DNA of 64,000 nt from an actinobacterium acAMD-2 (GTDB lineage Bacteria; Actinomycetota; Actinomycetes; UBA12327). The DNA lies in NCBI GenBank assembly GCA_000754455.1, contig JNSE01000033.1:20012-84011 (forward strand), given 5' to 3'. The position numbers and the translations under genes are program-made. The notes under the pieces were generated by a model. That model did not search any database. It was not told the origin of the DNA and saw only the letters and a list, made by a program, of their open reading frames with translations. Below are positions 59,995-64,000 of this stretch, piece after piece. Each line of letters starts with the position of its first letter. Within the stretch, counting starts at the first letter, position 1.

Positions 59995-60963
59995 ATGAAC
60001 AAGCCCAACAAGCTTCAGGTCGGCCGTGCGCCGCTTGAACTTGTTGGGCTTGTTCTACTCGCTGGGGTTTTCGTCCTGTTAGCCGTTATCTCAACCGCCA
60101 ACCGTGGTGGAAATAACGACGGCACGATCGCTCTGCCGCCGTCCGCAGTTGAGCCGACGCAGAGCATTGATGATCCACTGGCGGACCCCGTTAAGCGGTC
60201 GACCGTCAAGGTGGCCGGCACCCCTGTAGAAGTGGGTGTCAGCACCGGTGGTGGATCAGGAACAGCAGAAACCGGTGGCGACGAATTGATTGCTACCGGC
60301 CCTGATGGACAGCCACTTCCAAAGAACCCAGCTCTTGAGCCAGGGGACGCAGTTACTTTGCGCTTTGGTGGGTTTGCTCCGCAGGCCAGCGTGGGAGTTG
60401 TGCTTCGCTCGACTCCACGCAACCTTGGTTCGATTCTTGCTGACAACGACGGAGCTGTGACCTACAGCTTCACCGTTCCGGCAGACCTTGAGCCAGGTCG
60501 TCACACCGTGACATTCACCGGCAATGCCACGGATCTTTCTACCGCTTCGTCGTCACGCATTTCTGCAGCGACTGTTTCAAATGGCGTTAACACCGTGGTG
60601 TTTGACTTCACCAACTCTGTTGACGTCATTGATTTGACGCTGAGCTCGACGGTGAGTGGTCCGCTCCTGCCGGGTGTTTCCCGGACCCTCTTGGTGACGG
60701 TGAACAACCCCAACCCCTACCCCGCCAACCTGTACCGGGTTGACGTGGAAGTGGGAACCCCCGACGTGGCTGGCTGCCAGGCTGACTGGGTCAGTGCCGG
60801 TAATTACCTGTACTCATCCGGCCCCCAGCAGGTGATCCCAGCCAATTCAAGTATTTCGGTCGAATTGCCGATCCAACTACTGGATCTGTCTTCGACGGAT
60901 CAAAGTGCTTGCCGGGGCGCGACTTTCCCATTAACGCTGTTTGGACAAGGAGTGGGCGACTAA
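59995..60963 (+). CDS. membrane-anchored protein; C-terminal domain paralogous to the 59485 protein (hypothetical)
   Basis: 322 aa with GAGGAG upstream and an N-terminal TM anchor (LVGLVLLAGVFVLLAVI). A central Ig-like segment (EPGRHTVTFTG) is followed by the C-terminal LLPG...VNNPN...GC...DQSACRGATFPLTLF. Confidence 0.8.
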   Translation: MNKPNKLQVGRAPLELVGLVLLAGVFVLLAVISTANRGGNNDGTIALPPSAVEPTQSIDDPLADPVKRSTVKVAGTPVEVGVSTGGGSGTAETGGDELIATGPDGQPLPKNPALEPGDAVTLRFGGFAPQASVGVVLRSTPRNLGSILADNDGAVTYSFTVPADLEPGRHTVTFTGNATDLSTASSSRISAATVSNGVNTVVFDFTNSVDVIDLTLSSTVSGPLLPGVSRTLLVTVNNPNPYPANLYRVDVEVGTPDVAGCQADWVSAGNYLYSSGPQQVIPANSSISVELPIQLLDLSSTDQSACRGATFPLTLFGQGVGD

Positions 60964-63900
60964 TGCTTAATGCCACCCGCTCCATTTTCACCGGGATGTT
61001 CCGCCGTTTTGGCCTAGGAACCATCGCCGGTGTTGTTCTCGTTTTGGGAATGGGTGTCGCAGCATTTGCTTACTGGACCACTGTTGGTACTGGAGCAGGC
61101 TCTGCTTCAGCATCGGGATTGAATCCACCTACCAACGTTTCACTTGCTGTCGATGACAGCGCAGTGACGGTTTCGTTCACAGGCGTGACGCCGACGAACG
61201 GCACGTTGAGTGGGTACTACGTGCAGCGCAACAACGGCAGTGTCACCAGCAACGCCTGTGGCACAAACCCGGCTACCCCTAGTTCGCTCTTGTCGCTTAG
61301 CGCCACGAGCTGTGTTGACTCCAGTGTCCCTAATGGCACCTACACCTACACGGTCACCTCGGTCTTGAACACGTGGAAAGCAACGAGTGAGCCAAGCTCC
61401 TCTCTGGTCGTCACTGGTGACACTCATGCGCCGAGCCAAGTTGTCTCCATGACGAGCTCGAATGCACTTAAGACGGGTAACACGATTTACTTCCGCGCTG
61501 CTGCTGCTGGGTCTTTGACCTTGAGCGCAGCGGTGACCGATGGCATCTCCGGCCCAGCCTCAGCGACCTTCCCAGCGATCTCAACCACTGGTTGGACTCA
61601 CGCCAGTGAAACCGTTACCACTGGATCGGGCACCAACCCGAAGACCTTTACCTCGAGTACTTTCACGTGGAACGCGGATGCTGCCACGCCAAGTACCTAT
61701 GGAGTCGTTGGTAAAGACGTGGTGGGCAACCAAACCACGACAGACTTAACTTTCGTTGCAGACAACGCTGGGCCTACGGGCGGAACCTTGACCGTGAATG
61801 GCACGACGGGTACCTCAGATGGTGCGGTTAACGTCATCACGACGGGCGCTAACTTCACTGGATCCAAGACGGACTTTAGTGCTGACGCAGGTAGCGGTTA
61901 CCTGTCCACAACGCTTACTCGTGAAGCCTCCACCTCCGATACCTGCACGGCTTGGAGTTCAGCCACGACCATCTCTTCCATTAGCGAAGATGGTTCGGGA
62001 AGCGGCATGACGGTGACCGAGGACAGGTGTTACCGCTACACCTTGACGGGCACTGACAAGTTGGGGAATACCTCGATCCGCAGGGTCACCGTGTCATTTG
62101 TTGATACAACGAACCCGACGCAGGTGATGTCCATTTCCAATGCCACTAATGCGGTTTTAGTTGGCAGGAAGTTGTACTACAACAGCACAAGGGCTGGCGA
62201 GTTTGTCCTAAGTTCAACGGTTACGGACGGTTCGTCGGGGCCAGACAGGGTCATCTTTTCTGCCATTGCCACGGCTGGTTGGAACCACGATGTGGAGACT
62301 GTTACCACCGGCGTTGGCGTCAACCCCAAGACTTTTACGTCCTCTAGGTACTGGTGGACAGCAAATCCGTCTAACCCCAGTGGGCCAGTGCGCGAGATTA
62401 AGGCATACGACAAGGCTGGCAACGAGAAAAAGGATAATCTTGAAACAACGGTCGATAACGCTGGTCCGGCTGTTTCTGGTGCGTTGACGGTTAATGGTGC
62501 GGGTGGTTCTGCTGGTGGTACTACTTCGTACACCAACTCCTCGTTCTCGGGTTCGAAGACTGACTTCACGGATGCTGGTGCGGGTATTTCCACCAATGTT
62601 TTGACCCGTGAATTCGCCACGATCGCTGATGGTGTGTGTGCCAGCTTCGATCCAGCCACGGAGATTGCCAGTATTAGTGAGACCAGCCCGGCTGGTGGTT
62701 GTTACCGCTACACGTTGACTGCCACTGACTTGTTGGGCAACGTTTCGGTGCTCAAGACCACGGTCATGGTTGATCTCACGGCTCCTTCGTCGGTGGTTGT
62801 TTCTGAAACTGGTTCGGCTGGGTACCTGAGTGGTTCGACGTTGTATTTCCGTAGTGGTGTGTCTGGGTCGTTGACGTTGAGTGCTGCGGTTACGGATGCG
62901 TTCCCTGGTGCTGCTTCTGCCACGTTCCCGGCGATTTCGACCACGAACTGGACGCACAACGCTGAGACGATCACTTCTGGTTCGGGTTCTAACCCGGTTA
63001 CTTACACCTCGAGCAGTTTCTCGTGGACTTCTGCCGCTGTTGCTCCTTCGGGTACGCGCACGATCAGTGGTGCTGACAAGGCGGGTAACTCCACGAACGC
63101 CACCCCGATTTCCTTTGTCGCTGACGCTTCGGCTCCCACCGGTGGTGCGTTGACGGTTGCTGGCACGCCGGGTACTTCTGGTGGTGCCACGGTGGCTACG
63201 AACTCGGCGTTGTTCTCTGGTTCTTACACCGACTTCGATGCTGATGCTGGTTCTGGTTTTGCCTCGTCTGTGTTGGTGCGTGAGACGGCCACGTTGACCT
63301 CTGGTGCTTGTGGCGGCTTTGGTAACTCCTCAACGATCACCAGTATTTCTGAGTCGGCGTTGGCTACGGGTTGTTACCGCTACACCCTGACCGGTACTGA
63401 CAATGTGGGTAACACCTCGGTGTTGCGCACCATCGTCCAGGTCGATGTCACTGCTCCTACCGTTGTAGTCACCGCAAATGGTGCGAACTCTAGGCAGACT
63501 GGTTCGACGATTTATTACCGTGGCGACCTGGCTTCGTCGTTGACCCTTGGCGCCGCGGTTACTGATGCTGCTTCTGGTGCTGCCTCGGCCACGTTCCCAG
63601 CTGTTGCCACCACGGGTTGGACGCACAACGCTGAGACGATCTCGTCGGCTGCTTCGACCTCGGGCACGACTAAGACGTACAACTCGTCGAACTTCTCCTG
63701 GACCGCTAGCCCCTCTAACCCGGGTTCTTACACCGTGACCGGTACTGACGCTGCTGGTAACACGGGCACCAGTGCGGTGAGCTTCACCTCTGACACCACC
63801 GGTCCTACCGGCGGAACACTGACCGTTGATGGCGTTACCGCAACATCTGATGGCAAGGCCGTACGTGTTATTACTGATGAAGATGACAACTTCTCTGGTT

Positions 63901-64000
63901 CGAAAACTAACTACAGCGCTGATGCTGGCAGTGGTTACGCCTCGACCACGCTCACGCGTGAGGTGTCGACCAGTAGCTCGTGCCAAAGCTTTAGTTCGCT
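60963..64000 (+). CDS. giant repeat-rich surface protein, 5' partial (continues beyond the window); absent from the supplied ORF track
   Basis: Hand translation from the ATG at 60963 (TAATG overlap with the previous stop, AAGGAG upstream) shows no stop codon in 1012 codons to the window end. Leader GMGVAAFAYWTTVGTGAGSA, an FN3-like segment, then 224-codon modules. Confidence 0.85.
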   Translation, partial: MLNATRSIFTGMFRRFGLGTIAGVVLVLGMGVAAFAYWTTVGTGAGSASASGLNPPTNVSLAVDDSAVTVSFTGVTPTNGTLSGYYVQRNNGSVTSNACGTNPATPSSLLSLSATSCVDSSVPNGTYTYTVTSVLNTWKATSEPSSSLVVTGDTHAPSQVVSMTSSNALKTGNTIYFRAAAAGSLTLSAAVTDGISGPASATFPAISTTGWTHASETVTTGSGTNPKTFTSSTFTWNADAATPSTYGVVGKDVVGNQTTTDLTFVADNAGPTGGTLTVNGTTGTSDGAVNVITTGANFTGSKTDFSADAGSGYLSTTLTREASTSDTCTAWSSATTISSISEDGSGSGMTVTEDRCYRYTLTGTDKLGNTSIRRVTVSFVDTTNPTQVMSISNATNAVLVGRKLYYNSTRAGEFVLSSTVTDGSSGPDRVIFSAIATAGWNHDVETVTTGVGVNPKTFTSSRYWWTANPSNPSGPVREIKAYDKAGNEKKDNLETTVDNAGPAVSGALTVNGAGGSAGGTTSYTNSSFSGSKTDFTDAGAGISTNVLTREFATIADGVCASFDPATEIASISETSPAGGCYRYTLTATDLLGNVSVLKTTVMVDLTAPSSVVVSETGSAGYLSGSTLYFRSGVSGSLTLSAAVTDAFPGAASATFPAISTTNWTHNAETITSGSGSNPVTYTSSSFSWTSAAVAPSGTRTISGADKAGNSTNATPISFVADASAPTGGALTVAGTPGTSGGATVATNSALFSGSYTDFDADAGSGFASSVLVRETATLTSGACGGFGNSSTITSISESALATGCYRYTLTGTDNVGNTSVLRTIVQVDVTAPTVVVTANGANSRQTGSTIYYRGDLASSLTLGAAVTDAASGAASATFPAVATTGWTHNAETISSAASTSGTTKTYNSSNFSWTASPSNPGSYTVTGTDAAGNTGTSAVSFTSDTTGPTGGTLTVDGVTATSDGKAVRVITDEDDNFSGSKTNYSADAGSGYASTTLTREVSTSSSCQSFSS
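61419..64000 (+). repeat. tandem coding repeats of about 672 bp (about 3.8 copies in the window)
   Basis: The 14-mer TGTTACCGCTACAC recurs at 62028, 62700 and 63372, exactly 672 bp apart. Module starts (D-T-x-A/N-P) lie at 61419, 62103, 62772 and 63444. Confidence 0.9.

Noticed and set aside
61140-63986. Six minus-strand ORFs in the track (61140..61439, 62177..62659, 62214..62957, 62708..62974, 63002..63190, 63330..63986), some of them very Arg-rich.
   Set aside because: They are antisense to an uninterrupted 1012-codon + strand frame that has an RBS, a signal sequence and periodic domain structure. Their translations are low-complexity (R/T/S/G-rich) and overlap each other in different frames. 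That is what the T-ending codon bias of the sense gene would produce.

Overview
This window is the chromosomal origin region of an actinobacterium with moderately high GC (not computed). All calls come from reading the ORF translations and the DNA by eye; no searches were run.

Core block:
- ppiA and a PPOX-like gene, then tRNA-Ala, a 4.4-kb insert and tRNA-Ile.
- DUF3566-gyrA-gyrB-DUF721(DciA-like)-recF-dnaN, a DnaA-box cluster (oriC), then dnaA.
- Diverging from a second DnaA-box region: rpmH-rnpA-yidD-yidC-jag-rsmG-parA-parB, with two parS sites.
- Then ddl, an aminotransferase, cwlM-trxA-trxB, anti-sigma/ECF sigma, pseudokinase-murJ, cca, an MFS transporter, ino1-padR and DUF5318-ponA.
- Further housekeeping genes follow, including pheA, serS, a quinone oxidoreductase and a Bpa-like protein.
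- From memory, gene order parallels M. tuberculosis Rv0001-0009, Rv3907c-3924c and Rv0046c-0050.

The right-hand part (about 47-64 kb) is more accessory. It holds a secreted DUF1524/Excalibur nuclease, a SOUL protein, an LLM oxidoreductase, a GT2-TagF fusion, an FAD monooxygenase with an IclR regulator, three tRNAs, a CPT-like kinase and a wHTH regulator.

Most notable is a three-gene cluster at 59485 to beyond 64000.
- Gene 1 is a 155-aa exported protein and gene 2 a 322-aa membrane-anchored protein.
- Gene 3 is a giant ORF of more than 1012 codons. It is open to the window end and is absent from the supplied ORF track.
- Genes 1 and 3 share an AFAYWTTxGxGxGSA leader that resembles SipW/TasA-class signal peptides.
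- Gene 1 and the C-terminus of gene 2 share a two-Cys domain.
- Gene 3 is built of about 224-codon tandem modules.
- I read this as a candidate, apparently uncharacterised, surface fibre/adhesin system. That is inference only.

Other points:
- An animal-type haem peroxidase, a lipase-like hydrolase and a small membrane ORF lie between tRNA-Ile and tRNA-Ala.
- A 92-bp tandem duplication carries the 3' end of tRNA-Ser(GCT).
- No integrase, transposase, CRISPR array or rRNA was seen.
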